From positions 1 through 64,000 of the forward strand of contig CAWCPV010000015.1 in NCBI GenBank assembly GCA_963797555.1: a stretch of DNA of 64,000 nucleotides, written 5' to 3'. This stretch comes from an uncultured Gammaproteobacteria bacterium (GTDB lineage Bacteria > Pseudomonadota > Gammaproteobacteria > CAWCPV01). The notes below the pieces were generated by a model that was not told the DNA's origin, did no database searches, and was given only the letters and a program-made list of their open reading frames with translations. Positions 23,457-34,366 of the stretch are shown piece by piece; position 1 is the stretch's first letter, and the number at the start of each line of letters is the position of its first letter. Made by a program: the position numbers and the translations under genes.

Positions 23457-23825
23457 GTGATCCAGATGCAAACGATGCTGGATGTGGCCGACAACAGCGG
23501 CGCACGCCGGCTGATGTGTATCAAGGTGCTGGGTGGCGCCAAGCGTCGCTATGCCGGCGTGGGCGACGTCATCAAGGTGAGCGTCAAGGACGCCATTCCC
23601 CGGGGCAAAGTCAAGAAGGGCGAGGTCTATAATGCGGTGGTGGTACGCACGCGCAAGGGCGTGCGGCGCCAGGACGGCTCGGTGGTGCGTTTCGACAGCA
23701 ATGCTGCGGTGCTGCTCAATAATCAGATGCAGCCGATCGGTACTCGCATCTTCGGACCGGTGACGCGCGAGCTGCGTAGCGAGCGTTTCATGAAGATCAT
23801 CTCGCTCGCGCCTGAGGTGCTTTGA
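23457..23825 (+). CDS. rplN: 50S ribosomal protein L14
   Basis: [16 protein letters not shown]. Confidence 0.99.
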   Translation: MIQMQTMLDVADNSGARRLMCIKVLGGAKRRYAGVGDVIKVSVKDAIPRGKVKKGEVYNAVVVRTRKGVRRQDGSVVRFDSNAAVLLNNQMQPIGTRIFGPVTRELRSERFMKIISLAPEVL

Positions 23826-23827
23826 CG

Positions 23828-24145
23828 ATGCGCAAGATCCGCAAAGGGGACGAGATTGTGGTCCTGGCCGGCAAGGACAAGGGGAAACGGGGGCGCGTGG
23901 TGCGTGTTGTCGACGCGGAGCATGTCATCGTCGAAAACATCAACATGGTGAAACGACACACCAAGCCCAACCCATATCGAGGAGTCTCCGGCGGCATTCT
24001 CGAGAAGGAGATGCCGATCCACGTGTCCAACGTGTCCCATTACAATCCGGGCACGGGCAAGGCGGATCGAGTGGGTTTCCGGACGCTCGAGGACGGGCGC
24101 AAGGTGCGGTACTTCAAGTCCACGAACGAAGTCGTGGACGTGTGA
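23828..24145 (+). CDS. rplX: 50S ribosomal protein L24
   Basis: [15 protein letters not shown]. Confidence 0.98.
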   Translation: MRKIRKGDEIVVLAGKDKGKRGRVVRVVDAEHVIVENINMVKRHTKPNPYRGVSGGILEKEMPIHVSNVSHYNPGTGKADRVGFRTLEDGRKVRYFKSTNEVVDV

Positions 24146-24159
24146 TGTAGTTCGAGGCC

Positions 24160-24699
24160 ATGGTGAGACTGCAACAGCACTATCGAGATAAGGTCGTCCC
24201 GGATCTCATGAAGAGTTTCGGCTATGCCAGCGCCATGCAGGTGCCGAAGCTATCCAAGATCACGCTCAACATGGGGGTCGGGGAGGCGGCGGCGGATAAA
24301 CGCGCACTGGATCTGGCTATGGACGACTTGGCCCGCATCAGCGGGCAGAAGCCGGCGGTGACCCGCGCGCGCAAGTCTATCGCCGGTTTCAAGATACGAG
24401 CCGGGTGGCCCATAGGCTGCAAGGTTACCCTCCGCGGTGAGCGGATGTACGAGTTTCTGGATCGCCTCGTCAGCGTGGCCATCCCACGCATCCGGGACTT
24501 CCGGGGTTTCAGCGCGAAGGCCTTCGACAACCACGGGAACTACAGCCTGGGTGTCCGCGAACAGATCATTTTCCCCGAGATCGATTACGACAAGATCGAT
24601 AAGCTGCGAGGGCTGGACATTACTATCACGACCACCGCCCGGACCGACGAGGAGGGGCGCGCGCTGTTGGCGGCGTTCAACTTCCCGTTCAGGCAATGA
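24160..24699 (+). CDS. rplE: 50S ribosomal protein L5
   Basis: [16 protein letters not shown]. Confidence 0.99.
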   Translation: MVRLQQHYRDKVVPDLMKSFGYASAMQVPKLSKITLNMGVGEAAADKRALDLAMDDLARISGQKPAVTRARKSIAGFKIRAGWPIGCKVTLRGERMYEFLDRLVSVAIPRIRDFRGFSAKAFDNHGNYSLGVREQIIFPEIDYDKIDKLRGLDITITTTARTDEEGRALLAAFNFPFRQ

Positions 24700-24708
24700 G
24701 GCAAGCGC

Positions 24709-25014
24709 ATGGCTAAGGTCTCGATGATTTACCGCCAGTTGAAACGCGAGAAACTGGTCCGCAGGTTTGCCGCCAAACGCCAGGCCCTTAAGGCAAAGGT
24801 GAGTGACCCGACGGCCGAGCCGGCAGAGCGCCGCTCTGCCCAGCGACAGTTGCAGACATTACCGCGGGACGCGAGTCCGGTACGGTTGCGCAACCGCTGC
24901 CGCGTGTCCGGGCGTCCGCGGGGCTACTACCGCAGGTTCGGCCTGGGCCGTAACAAGCTGCGGGAGTCTGCCATGCGGGGAGAGATACCCGGCTTGGTCA
25001 AGGCGAGTTGGTAG
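24709..25014 (+). CDS. rpsN: 30S ribosomal protein S14 (long, Zn-independent type)
   Basis: [20 protein letters not shown]. Confidence 0.98.
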   Translation: MAKVSMIYRQLKREKLVRRFAAKRQALKAKVSDPTAEPAERRSAQRQLQTLPRDASPVRLRNRCRVSGRPRGYYRRFGLGRNKLRESAMRGEIPGLVKASW

Positions 25015-25025
25015 AGGAACGATCG

Positions 25026-25424
25026 ATGGCCATGACTGATCCTATCGCAGATATGCTTGCGCGCATGCGCAACGCCCAATCGGTCGGCAAACTGGAAGTG
25101 GCGATGCCGTCCTCCAAGCTGAAGGTTTCCATTGCAAAGGTGCTGGAGGAGGAGGGTTACATCCGGGACCATCGAGTGGAAGAAGATCAGGCAGGCAAGC
25201 GGACCCTTGCGATTGGCCTCAAGTATCACGCGGGTCGGCCGGTGATTGAGATGCTCCAACGGGTGAGCCGGCCGGGCGTGCGACATTATCACGGCTGCGC
25301 TGACCTGCCCAAGGTTCAGGGCGGCCTGGGCGTGGCGATCGTATCTACGTCCAAGGGCCTGATGAGCGACCGCGCTGCCCGGGCCGGAGGGCTCGGGGGC
25401 GAAGTCTTGTGCCTGGTCGCCTGA
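25026..25424 (+). CDS. rpsH: 30S ribosomal protein S8
   Basis: [15 protein letters not shown]. Confidence 0.98.
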   Translation: MAMTDPIADMLARMRNAQSVGKLEVAMPSSKLKVSIAKVLEEEGYIRDHRVEEDQAGKRTLAIGLKYHAGRPVIEMLQRVSRPGVRHYHGCADLPKVQGGLGVAIVSTSKGLMSDRAARAGGLGGEVLCLVA

Positions 25425-25436
25425 GGAGGCTGTCGC

Positions 25437-25970
25437 ATGTCCAGGGTCGCGAAACAACCCATCCCCGTCCCGAAGGGCGTCGACGTAAGCCTCCAGGGGC
25501 AGTCCGTTACCGTGAAGGGGCCGAAGGGGACGTTACGGCTCGACGTGGTGCCCGGAGTAAACGTGGTGCAGGAGGACAGTGTCCTAAAATGTGCCGCTGC
25601 TCGCCCGGTCGACCGCTTGCGCGCGCTGGCAGGCACGACTCGATCCCTGCTCAACAATATGGTGAAGGGGGTGACGGAGGCATACGTCAAGCGGCTGGAT
25701 CTGGTCGGCGTAGGTTATCGAGCGCAGGTGAAGGGTCGGGAGCTGAGTCTTACGCTTGGCTTTTCCCACCCAGTCACGTTTCCGATCCCCGATGGCATCA
25801 CCATAGAGACGCCTAGCCAGACCGAGGTAGTGATCACCGGGGTCGACAAGCACCAAGTTGGACAGGTGGCTGCCAACATCCGTGCCTTCCGGCCCCCGGA
25901 ACCATATAAGGGCAAGGGCGTCCGTTACCGAAACGAAGCGGTGATCCTGAAGGAGGCCAAGAAGAAGTAG
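25437..25970 (+). CDS. rplF: 50S ribosomal protein L6
   Basis: [10 protein letters not shown]. Confidence 0.99.
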   Translation: MSRVAKQPIPVPKGVDVSLQGQSVTVKGPKGTLRLDVVPGVNVVQEDSVLKCAAARPVDRLRALAGTTRSLLNNMVKGVTEAYVKRLDLVGVGYRAQVKGRELSLTLGFSHPVTFPIPDGITIETPSQTEVVITGVDKHQVGQVAANIRAFRPPEPYKGKGVRYRNEAVILKEAKKK

Positions 25971-25984
25971 CGGCTGGGGAGACA

Positions 25985-26350
25985 ATGGAAAGGCGTGCAG
26001 ACAAGAAGGTGGCACGGTTGCGTCGGGCCCGCAAGGCGCGTGCTCGAATCAGCCAGCTCGGCATTAGTCGGCTGTCAGTTCATCGGACGCCGCGGCACAT
26101 TTATGCGCAGCTGTTTTCGCCGGACGGTGGGCGGGTCATCGCCAGCGCGTCGTCCCTGGAATCGCAGCTCCGCGGCATGAACGGCGAAGCAGGGAAGAAG
26201 GCCCTAGCGACGGCGGTTGGCCGACTCATTGCGGAGCGTTCGCAGGCCGTTGGGATTACACGGGTGGCCTTCGACCGATCCGGATATCGGTATCACGGCC
26301 GTGTCAAAGCACTGGCCGATGCCGCGCGGGAGCACGGTTTGGAGTTCTGA
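25985..26350 (+). CDS. rplR: 50S ribosomal protein L18
   Basis: [12 protein letters not shown]. Confidence 0.98.
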   Translation: MERRADKKVARLRRARKARARISQLGISRLSVHRTPRHIYAQLFSPDGGRVIASASSLESQLRGMNGEAGKKALATAVGRLIAERSQAVGITRVAFDRSGYRYHGRVKALADAAREHGLEF

Positions 26351-26362
26351 GGGTTTGGTTGA

Positions 26363-26872
26363 ATGGCGAGCTATGATACGGACAGATCAGGGGACGGGCT
26401 GCAGGAGAAGCTGGTGGCGGTTCGCCGCGTAGCCAAAGTGGTCAAGGGCGGCCGGCAATTTGGCTTCTCGGCGCTGACCGTGGTGGGTGACGGCCAGGGC
26501 CGCGTAGGCATGGGGCGGGGGAAGGCGCGAGAGGTTCCGGTGGCCATTCAGAAAGCCCTGGAGAGTGCGCGTCGCAGTATGCGCTCCATCCCTTTGAAGG
26601 GTGCCACTTTGCAGCATGCCATCACGGCCCGATATGGTGGCACGAAGGTGATCATGCGCCCAGCATCCGAGGGTACAGGCATCATCGCTGGCGGAGCGAT
26701 GCGTGCAGTGCTGGAGGTTCTCGGAGTGCGGGACGTCTTGGCGAAGTGCATCGGCTCGACGAACCCGATCAACGTGGTCCGCGCCACACTGGCGGGACTC
26801 AGCGCCATGGTTAGCCCGGAAATCGTTGCGACCAAGCGGGGCAAGACCATTGAAGAGATTACCAACGGATAG
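26363..26872 (+). CDS. rpsE: 30S ribosomal protein S5
   Basis: [15 protein letters not shown]. Confidence 0.99.
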   Translation: MASYDTDRSGDGLQEKLVAVRRVAKVVKGGRQFGFSALTVVGDGQGRVGMGRGKAREVPVAIQKALESARRSMRSIPLKGATLQHAITARYGGTKVIMRPASEGTGIIAGGAMRAVLEVLGVRDVLAKCIGSTNPINVVRATLAGLSAMVSPEIVATKRGKTIEEITNG

Positions 26873-26875
26873 GTC

Positions 26876-27064
26876 ATGGGCGAGCCGAAGCGACTCAAGC
26901 TCACCCTGATGCGCAGTCCCGCCGGAAGGCTTGACCGCCACCAGGCGTGTGTGCGCGGCCTCGGTCTGCGCCGCTTGCATCAGACCGTGGAGTTGGAGGA
27001 TACCCCTAGCATTCGGGGCATGGTCCGACAGGTGAGTTATCTTCTGAAGGTGGAGGAACGCTAG
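26876..27064 (+). CDS. rpmD: 50S ribosomal protein L30
   Basis: [14 protein letters not shown]. Confidence 0.97.
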   Translation: MGEPKRLKLTLMRSPAGRLDRHQACVRGLGLRRLHQTVELEDTPSIRGMVRQVSYLLKVEER

Positions 27065-27067
27065 GCC

Positions 27068-27502
27068 ATGCGGTTAAATCGCATCGCCCCTGCGCCGGGC
27101 TCTAAGCGGGTCGGCAAGCGGCTCGGCCGCGGTATTGGCTCTGGTCTGGGGAAGACGTGTGGGCGGGGTCACAAAGGCCAGCACGCCCGTTCCGGCGGGT
27201 TGCGGAAGGTAGGCTTCGAGGGCGGGCAAATGCCTTTGCAGAGACGTCTTCCCAAGTTTGGGTTTCGTTCTCCGCATGTTGGTGAGGTGGCCGAGGTACG
27301 ACTGCACGAGCTTTCAAAGGTGAAGGGCGACATCGTCGATATCGAAACCCTCCGAGCCGCCAATGTCATCGGTCGACATGTGCAGCGGGTCCGTGTCATG
27401 CGGTCGGGCACCTTAGACAGACCAGTCCGACTCAGGGGTTTGAGAGTTACCGGCGGGGCGCGGGCCGTGATCGAGGCTGCCGGCGGGGTGGTCGAGGACT
27501 AG
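27068..27502 (+). CDS. rplO: 50S ribosomal protein L15
   Basis: [15 protein letters not shown]. Confidence 0.99.
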   Translation: MRLNRIAPAPGSKRVGKRLGRGIGSGLGKTCGRGHKGQHARSGGLRKVGFEGGQMPLQRRLPKFGFRSPHVGEVAEVRLHELSKVKGDIVDIETLRAANVIGRHVQRVRVMRSGTLDRPVRLRGLRVTGGARAVIEAAGGVVED

Positions 27503-27512
27503 ACGAGGACTG

Positions 27513-28850
27513 ATGAGCGTTCCCGGTTCAGCCTTGGCCGACCTCGGGAGTCTGGGGCGGCTCACCGAGCTTCGGCACCGGCTCTTATTCGTGCTCGGGG
27601 CGCTCGTGGTGTTCAGGATCGGAGCCCACATACCGGTTCCCGGTATCGATCCCGTCGCGCTCGCCACCTTGTTCGAGCAGCACCGCGGGACCATCTTGGA
27701 CATGTTCAACATGTTCTCGGGCGGTGCGCTGCGGCGACTAACGGTCTTCGCCCTCGGGGTCATGCCGTATATCTCCGCTTCCATCATCATGCAGCTTCTA
27801 ACGGTGGTGTCGCCTAGGCTCGAAGAGCTGAAGAAGGAGGGTGAGGCCGGCCGCCGCAAGATCACGCAATACACCCGCTACGGGACGGTGGTGTTATCCA
27901 GCTTCCAGGCGTTAGGGATCGCAATTGCTCTCGAAAGTCAGCGGGCAGGCGGTATCCCGATCGTGATCGACCCTGGCCTTGGCTTCCGCTTCACTGCCGT
28001 AGTTACCTTAATGACGGGCACTATGTTCCTCATGTGGCTGGGCGAGCAAGTGACGGAACGCGGGATCGGTAACGGCATCTCTATCATCATCTTATCGGGG
28101 ATCATCGCGGGCCTTCCGTCGGCCTTGGGTGCGACCGTGGAACTGGCCCGCACGGGCGAAATGCACATCCTGACGCTGGTGTTGCTATTCGCCGTGGCCG
28201 TCGGCGTCACTGCCTTCGTGGTATTCGTAGAGCGTGGACAGAGGCGCATCACCATCAATTACGCTAGGCGACAGCAGGGACGCAAGCTTTATGCCGCGCA
28301 GTCGAGCCACCTCCCCTTGAAGGTGAATATGGCCGGGGTTATTCCACCCATCTTCGCCTCCAGCCTGATCCTGTTTCCAGCGACCGTAGGCAGTTGGTTC
28401 GGGAGCGCCCAAGGCATGGGATGGTTGCAGGATATCTCGACTACCTTGTCTCCCGGTCAGCCCTTATACGTGATCACCTACTCCGTGGCCATCGTGTTCT
28501 TTTGCTTTTTCTATACGGCATTGGTGTTCAACCCAAAAGAGACAGCGGAGAACTTGAAGAAGTCGGGAGCCTTTATCCCAGGCATTCGGCCCGGTGAGCA
28601 GACGGCGCGATACATTGACACCATCATGACCCGGTTGACCCTGGGCGGGGCCATCTATATCACGGCCGTATGCTTGCTGCCCGAGTTTCTGATTCTCTAT
28701 TGGAACGCTCCGTTCTACTTCGGGGGTACCTCACTGCTCATCATCGTGGTAGTGGTCATGGATTTTATGGCACAGCTGCAAGCTCATTTGATGTCTCATC
28801 AGTACGAGAGCCTGTTGAAGAAGGCGAATTTGAAGGGCATCGGCCGCTGA
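27513..28850 (+). CDS. secY: Preprotein translocase subunit SecY
   Basis: About 10 TM; [15 protein letters not shown]. Confidence 0.99.
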   Translation: MSVPGSALADLGSLGRLTELRHRLLFVLGALVVFRIGAHIPVPGIDPVALATLFEQHRGTILDMFNMFSGGALRRLTVFALGVMPYISASIIMQLLTVVSPRLEELKKEGEAGRRKITQYTRYGTVVLSSFQALGIAIALESQRAGGIPIVIDPGLGFRFTAVVTLMTGTMFLMWLGEQVTERGIGNGISIIILSGIIAGLPSALGATVELARTGEMHILTLVLLFAVAVGVTAFVVFVERGQRRITINYARRQQGRKLYAAQSSHLPLKVNMAGVIPPIFASSLILFPATVGSWFGSAQGMGWLQDISTTLSPGQPLYVITYSVAIVFFCFFYTALVFNPKETAENLKKSGAFIPGIRPGEQTARYIDTIMTRLTLGGAIYITAVCLLPEFLILYWNAPFYFGGTSLLIIVVVVMDFMAQLQAHLMSHQYESLLKKANLKGIGR

Positions 28851-28879
28851 AGCCGGAGCGCCAAGAACGGAGATCGAGA

Positions 28880-28993
28880 ATGAAGGTTCAGCCATCGGTC
28901 AAGCGCATCTGTCGCAACTGCAAGATAATTCGTCGCAAACGGGTGGTGCGGGTGATCTGCAAGGAGGCACGTCACAAGCAGCGGCAAGGGTGA
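28880..28993 (+). CDS. rpmJ: 50S ribosomal protein L36 (Zn-binding type)
   Basis: [14 protein letters not shown]...HKQRQG. Confidence 0.97.
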   Translation: MKVQPSVKRICRNCKIIRRKRVVRVICKEARHKQRQG

Positions 28994-28999
28994 CGGGTC

Positions 29000-29027
29000 T
29001 TGCGGAAGTGGCTGGAAAGGCTATAAT
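29000..29027 (+). promoter_or_regulatory. Probable alpha-operon sigma70 promoter
   Basis: TTGCGG-16 nt-TATAAT upstream of rpsM. Confidence 0.55.
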
Positions 29028-29075
29028 TACAGGTTCGTTGCGTCGGCTAGTCAAGGGTCGAGGGAGATCGGCATA

Positions 29076-29432
29076 ATGGCGCGCATTGCTGGGGTGAACA
29101 TTCCCGAACGCAAGCACGCGGTGATCGCGTTGCGGCACATCTACGGGATCGGTCCAAGCCGGGCGCGCCAGATCTGTCGGAACACAGGGGTGCGTCCGGA
29201 CGCCAACATCAAAGACCTTTCCGAGGCAGAGCTTGAGGCGCTGCGTGCGGAAGTCTCTAAGCACGTTGTCGAGGGCGACTTGCGACGACAGGTGTCCATG
29301 GACATCAAGCGGCTGATGGATCTGAGTTGCTACCGGGGGCTCCGACACCGGCGCGGGTTACCCGTGCGCGGTCAGCGCACCCATACCAATGCGCGCACCC
29401 GTAAGGGTCCGCGCCGGATAATACGCAAGTAG
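29076..29432 (+). CDS. rpsM: 30S ribosomal protein S13
   Basis: [18 protein letters not shown]. Confidence 0.99.
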   Translation: MARIAGVNIPERKHAVIALRHIYGIGPSRARQICRNTGVRPDANIKDLSEAELEALRAEVSKHVVEGDLRRQVSMDIKRLMDLSCYRGLRHRRGLPVRGQRTHTNARTRKGPRRIIRK

Positions 29433-29443
29433 GGACGGGCGGC

Positions 29444-29833
29444 ATGGCAAAGGCGGTCACACGCGCGCGTAAGCGCGCCAAGAAGAGCGTCGTCGACGGC
29501 GTAGCGCACGTCTTCGCCTCATTCAACAACACCATCGTGACTATCACCGACCGCCAGGGAAATTCATTGGCATGGGCAAGTGCCGGCAGTTCGGGCTTTA
29601 AGGGCTCGCGCAAGAGTACGCCCTTCGCTGCACAGGTGGCCGCCCAAAAGGCGGGAAATGCGGTTGCAGAGTTCGGGATGAAGAATCTGGAGGTGATGGT
29701 CAAGGGACCAGGACCGGGTCGCGAGTCGGCGGTCCGTGCGCTGCACGCTGCGGGCTTCAAGATATCCAACATTAGCGACGTGACCCCGATTCCCCATAAC
29801 GGGTGCCGCCCGCCGAAGAAGCGCCGCGTGTAA
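29444..29833 (+). CDS. rpsK: 30S ribosomal protein S11
   Basis: [15 protein letters not shown]. Confidence 0.99.
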   Translation: MAKAVTRARKRAKKSVVDGVAHVFASFNNTIVTITDRQGNSLAWASAGSSGFKGSRKSTPFAAQVAAQKAGNAVAEFGMKNLEVMVKGPGPGRESAVRALHAAGFKISNISDVTPIPHNGCRPPKKRRV

Positions 29834-29851
29834 GCTCAGGAGGCTCGATCG

Positions 29852-30478
29852 TTGGCCAAGTATACCGGTCCCAAGTGTCGTCTCTGTCGCCGCGAAGGTG
29901 AGAAGCTCTTCTTGAAGGGCGCCAAGTGCTACAGCAGCAAGTGCGCGGTGGAGAATCGCAGTTTCCCACCGGGGCAGCACGGGCAGCGACGCACACGCCT
30001 CTCCGATTACGCCGTGCAGCTACGAGAAAAGCAGAAGCTGCGCCGTATCTACGGGTTAATCGAGCGGCAGTTTCGGAACTATTACGAGGAGGCGGATCGG
30101 CGCAAAGGATCCACGGGCGAAAATCTCCTGCAACTGCTGGAGTGCCGTCTCGACAATGTCGTTTATCGCATGGGATTCGGGGCCTCGCGCGCGGAGGCGC
30201 GCCAGCTATTGCGCCACAAGGCCGTGTCTGTGAACGGGCGGACTGTCAACGTGCCGTCGTACCAGGTCTCCGCAAACGCTGTCATAGCTATCAATGAGTC
30301 GGCAGCGGGTCAGTTGCGCGTGCGTGGGGCTCTGCAGGTGGCCAGTCAGCGTGGCGCTCCGGAGTGGCTCGACGTGGAGCCGGACAAGCTTCGGGGAGTA
30401 TTCAAACGCCCGCCCGATCGCAGCGACCTGCCATCAGACATCAACGAGCACTTGGTCGTCGAGCTGTACTCCAAGTAG
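29852..30478 (+). CDS. rpsD: 30S ribosomal protein S4
   Basis: [22 protein letters not shown]. Confidence 0.99.
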   Translation: MAKYTGPKCRLCRREGEKLFLKGAKCYSSKCAVENRSFPPGQHGQRRTRLSDYAVQLREKQKLRRIYGLIERQFRNYYEEADRRKGSTGENLLQLLECRLDNVVYRMGFGASRAEARQLLRHKAVSVNGRTVNVPSYQVSANAVIAINESAAGQLRVRGALQVASQRGAPEWLDVEPDKLRGVFKRPPDRSDLPSDINEHLVVELYSK

Positions 30479-30591
30479 GTCCCGGAACGGCCGCCGCGGG
30501 CGTACCAGAGCCGCCGCGCGCTGGCGCTCCGGCTCAGCATCACTGATGGAGCCGGGGGCCGTCCTTTTCAGGATAGGTGAGGGAAGTCTCT

Positions 30592-31605
30592 ATGCAGGGC
30601 TCCGTACCAGACCTTCTAAAGCCGCGTGTCGTAAACATTCAGGCCGTGAATGCACGGCATGCCCGCGTGACGCTGGAACCGCTGGAGCGGGGTTTTGGCC
30701 ACACGTTGGGAAACGCGCTGCGTCGGATACTGCTATCCTCGGTTCCAGGCAGCGCCATTGTTGCCGTCGAAATTCCCGGAGTGGTGCACGAATACTCGAC
30801 CATCGAGGGCGTGCAGGAGGATGTCATCGATATCCTGTTGAACCTCAAGGGCGTGGCTTTGCGCATGCATGGCCGTGACGATGCGGTGTTGACCTTGCAC
30901 AAGACCGGCCCGGGGCCGGTATGCGTTGGCGACATCGCCGTCAGCCACGACGTGGAGGTTGTGAATCCAGATCACGTGATCGCCCATCTGACCAAGCCCG
31001 TGGACCTGGATATGACGCTCAAGGTCGTGCGGGGCCAAGGATACCAGCCGGCCAGTGTCGCCGTAGTCGGTGAAGAGGCGGCGCATCGACCCATCGGTCA
31101 TCTGGCTCTGGACGCCAGCTTCAGTCCGATCCAGCGCGTGACGTACAGCGTCGAGAGCACGCGCGTGGAGCAGCGGACCGACCTCGACAAGCTGGTGATC
31201 GAGATCGAAACGAACGGCGCGGTGGGACCCGAGGAGGCGATCCGGCTGGCTGCACGCATCTTGCAAGATCAGCTTGCGGCATTTGTGGACCTCCAGGGGA
31301 AGGCCCAGAGGCCGGAGCGGCCACGTGAGGCCGGCATCGATCCGTTGCTGCTGCGCCCGGTGGACGACCTCGAGCTGACCGTGCGTTCAGCGAACTGCCT
31401 CAAGGCCGAGAATATTTTCTATATTGGCGACTTGATACAACGCACGGAGGCCGAGCTGCTCAAGACGCCCAATCTGGGTAAGAAGTCACTCACCGAGATC
31501 AAAGAGATCCTCGCGAGTCACGGGCTGTCGCTGGGAATGAAGCTCGAGAACTGGCCGCCGCCCGGGCTGAGCGAGCAAGAAGATCCGGAACATGCACCCG
31601 CGTGA
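30592..31605 (+). CDS. rpoA: RNA polymerase alpha subunit
   Basis: [25 protein letters not shown]. Confidence 0.99.
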   Translation: MQGSVPDLLKPRVVNIQAVNARHARVTLEPLERGFGHTLGNALRRILLSSVPGSAIVAVEIPGVVHEYSTIEGVQEDVIDILLNLKGVALRMHGRDDAVLTLHKTGPGPVCVGDIAVSHDVEVVNPDHVIAHLTKPVDLDMTLKVVRGQGYQPASVAVVGEEAAHRPIGHLALDASFSPIQRVTYSVESTRVEQRTDLDKLVIEIETNGAVGPEEAIRLAARILQDQLAAFVDLQGKAQRPERPREAGIDPLLLRPVDDLELTVRSANCLKAENIFYIGDLIQRTEAELLKTPNLGKKSLTEIKEILASHGLSLGMKLENWPPPGLSEQEDPEHAPA

Positions 31606-31645
31606 AACCTGCCCATCAGTGCGGCCCGTGACAGGGGATTGACCT

Positions 31646-32014
31646 ATGCGACACCGTAACGTCGGTCGTTATCTGGGCCGTCCCACCGGCCATCGGGAGG
31701 CGATGCTGGCAAATCTGGCGGCATCGCTGATGCGTCACGAATCCATCAAGACTACGCTTCCCAGGGCCAAGGAGCTTAGGCGCATTGCCGAACCTCTCAT
31801 CACCCTCGCAAAGTCCGACAGCGTTGCACGCCGGCGGCTGGCCTTCGCCAGACTGCGGAATCGCGATGTGGTGACCAAGCTCTTCAACGAGCTCGGACCG
31901 CGTTATCGCGAGCGTCCGGGCGGTTACCTGCGCATCATCAAGGCCGGCTATCGGCGGGGCGACAGCGCACCGGTCGCCATCGTGGAGCTGGTCGATCGAC
32001 CCGAGGAGGCGTAA
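31646..32014 (+). CDS. rplQ: 50S ribosomal protein L17
   Basis: [20 protein letters not shown]. Confidence 0.99.
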   Translation: MRHRNVGRYLGRPTGHREAMLANLAASLMRHESIKTTLPRAKELRRIAEPLITLAKSDSVARRRLAFARLRNRDVVTKLFNELGPRYRERPGGYLRIIKAGYRRGDSAPVAIVELVDRPEEA

Positions 32015-32036
32015 GGTTTCCGCGCCGACGCTACGC

Positions 32037-32065
32037 AGAAGCCGGGACATTCCCGGCTTCTCTGT
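32037..32065 (+). terminator. Hairpin terminator after rplQ
   Basis: AGAAGCCGGGA-cat-TCCCGGCTTCT stem. Confidence 0.7.
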
Positions 32066-32130
32066 GTGAGATCTAAGCTCCTGGACGGCGCCGCAATTGC
32101 GTTCCGGGGCCGGAAAGAGCGCTTACACGC

Positions 32131-32865
32131 ATGCCCATGGTCGTGTTGTTCACTGACTTCGGCATGTGCGGCCCTTATGTCGGACAGGTTAAAGCAGTGC
32201 TGCATCAGCAGGCCCCGGAGGCGTTCGTTGTCGACCTTTTCGCGGATGCGCCGGTCTGCGCGCCTCAACCGTCGGCCTACCTCCTCGCCGCCTATGTGGG
32301 GGAGTTCCCGGCCGGGACCATCTTCCTGTGCGTGGTGGACCCAGGGGTGGGAAGTGAGCGGCGAGGCGCTGTGGCCAGGGCCGATGAGCGTTGGTATGTC
32401 GGGCCGGATAATGGCCTGTTTACCCCCGTTGCGCGGCGCGCGCACGACGTCCAGTGGTGGGATATCCTTTGGCGACCCGAGCGTTTGTCTGCCACCTTTC
32501 ATGGACGCGATGTGTTTGCTCCGGTCGCCGCTTGCCTGGCCAGGGGCGAGCCATGCCCCGGTGCTGCTGTCGACTGGAGACAACGCATTGCCCCCGAGTG
32601 GCCGGACGATCTGCCCCAGGTCGTATATATCGATCGCTTCGGTAACGCAATGACCGGCCTACGGGCCGCTGGTGTGCCCCAAAGTGACGCCCTTGTGGTG
32701 GGCGGCCGAAACGTGCGCTATGCCCGCACCTACGCCGATGTCCCGGCCGGGGAGGCATTCTGGTACGCCAATGCCAATGGGCTGCTCGAGATCGCCGTCA
32801 GCCGGGGTAACGCCGCCAAGGACTTGGGCTTGTCTGTGGGCGCCCCAGTGTGTCTGAGGCGGTGA
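32131..32865 (+). CDS. SAM hydroxide adenosyltransferase (DUF62, chlorinase/fluorinase family)
   Basis: TDFG, VVDPGVGS, GPDNG, SATFHGRD, YIDRFGN. Confidence 0.92.
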   Translation: MPMVVLFTDFGMCGPYVGQVKAVLHQQAPEAFVVDLFADAPVCAPQPSAYLLAAYVGEFPAGTIFLCVVDPGVGSERRGAVARADERWYVGPDNGLFTPVARRAHDVQWWDILWRPERLSATFHGRDVFAPVAACLARGEPCPGAAVDWRQRIAPEWPDDLPQVVYIDRFGNAMTGLRAAGVPQSDALVVGGRNVRYARTYADVPAGEAFWYANANGLLEIAVSRGNAAKDLGLSVGAPVCLRR

Positions 32866-33022
32866 GCGCGCCAGTGGATTCTAGGCCGCCGCATGTAGGT
32901 GCGTGGATACTCGGCAAGGCTATTCGGCCGTCGGCCCATTCCGTTTTCTACTCGTTGTCGCGGCCCGAATGTGTTTAGTTTGCTGGCATCGCGAGAATGT
33001 CGAGCGTCATGAGGTAGCTGTC

Positions 33023-33688
33023 ATGCACATCGATGCCGTGAAGAAGGCATATCGCCGTTACGCTAACATCTACGACGCAGTGTTCGGGTCCATCCTCCAT
33101 CCTGCTCGTAAGGCTGTGATTCACGTTCTCAACTGTCAGCCCGGCGAGCGTATACTGGAGGTCGGAGTCGGAACGGGCCTTTCACTGGCCCTATATCCAC
33201 CCAACGTCCGAGTCATCGGCATCGATATCTCCGCGGAGATGCTCGCCAAGGCGCGTGTGCGCGTGGCGCGCCAGCGTCTGAAGAATGTTGAAGCGCTGCG
33301 GGAGATGGACGCCGAGGCGATGCGGTTCGACGACCATTCCTTTGACAAGGTCGTCGCGATGTACGTGGCCTCGGTCGTTCCAAGTCCCACGCGCCTCGTC
33401 GAAGAGATGCGTCGCGTTTGTCGGCCGAGTGGTGAGATGGTCATCGTGAATCACTTTCGCTCCCGCCAGCCGTTGCTCCGGACTATCGAGGATGCGCTGG
33501 CTCCGCTGTCTCGGTTGGCGGGTTTCCGTCCCGACTTCGACCTGGGCGAGTTTCTGCGCTCGACCCGGCTGGATGTGGCCGAGATGAAGCCCGCGAACCT
33601 GCTCGGCTACTGGAAAATCCTGCATTGCCATCCGCGGCCGCTGGCGGCTATGACGGGGGGTGAGGCCCGCGCGCCGATGGCGGCGTGA
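33023..33688 (+). CDS. pmtA: Phosphatidylethanolamine N-methyltransferase-like class I methyltransferase
   Basis: AYRRYANIYD, LEVGVGTG, VNHF. Confidence 0.8.
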   Translation: MHIDAVKKAYRRYANIYDAVFGSILHPARKAVIHVLNCQPGERILEVGVGTGLSLALYPPNVRVIGIDISAEMLAKARVRVARQRLKNVEALREMDAEAMRFDDHSFDKVVAMYVASVVPSPTRLVEEMRRVCRPSGEMVIVNHFRSRQPLLRTIEDALAPLSRLAGFRPDFDLGEFLRSTRLDVAEMKPANLLGYWKILHCHPRPLAAMTGGEARAPMAA

Positions 33689-34366
33689 AACCGTGCGTAG
33701 CGGCTTATCACGCTCACATCCAATGGGCTGCGCTCGCCCGCGAGGAAGCGAGTGTTTCGCTGGCTACAGCCCGTGTGGCGAGAGCAGGACGATCTGTGCC
33801 AAGGCGTGGCGGGCGTCGGAGCAGGATTCTCCCGCTCTCTGATCGCAGAGCTACCCCGCAGTTGCCTGTCATGCTTGATAGCAAACACGGTTGCTCTCCC
33901 GCAAGCGGGCGAGGGGGATTTTGCGGCGCCTACGGCGCACTTTCACGTTAATTCGTTAATTAAAGAGTAATCATTTTCCAAACCTGCGCTGCTTGCGTAG
34001 TCGCGCGGAATCGCTTGCGGCGGATCGTCCTTCCCCGGGTTGGCGGGAGACTCACCAAGCGCGCAGAACGCTTGTTGGTGGCGGGCTCCATGACCCTTAT
34101 CGGACGGTTGTCCACGGATATCCACAAGAACTGTGGAGATCTCAAGCCGGGCCGATGCGGCTCGAACTCCGCTCTACCGGCAGGCGGGGACTCGGGCAGG
34201 CCCTACGCTGTCTCTCTCCCCCGGTGTAAAAGAATCTCGGTTGCCATCAAACTCCGGCTTCAGGGGTCGGTCTAATTCTTTAAGTAAGGTGCGAGGATTT
34301 TTCCTCGCCCCGGGGAGGAGCACGCAAGAAAGCCTGGGGCGAGGCGGGCGTTCGCGCGGAGGCGTG

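Noticed and set aside
32131-32865. Fluorinase/chlorinase (halometabolite pathway)
   Set aside because: The motifs fit the widespread DUF62 SAM hydrolase and there is no biosynthetic context.
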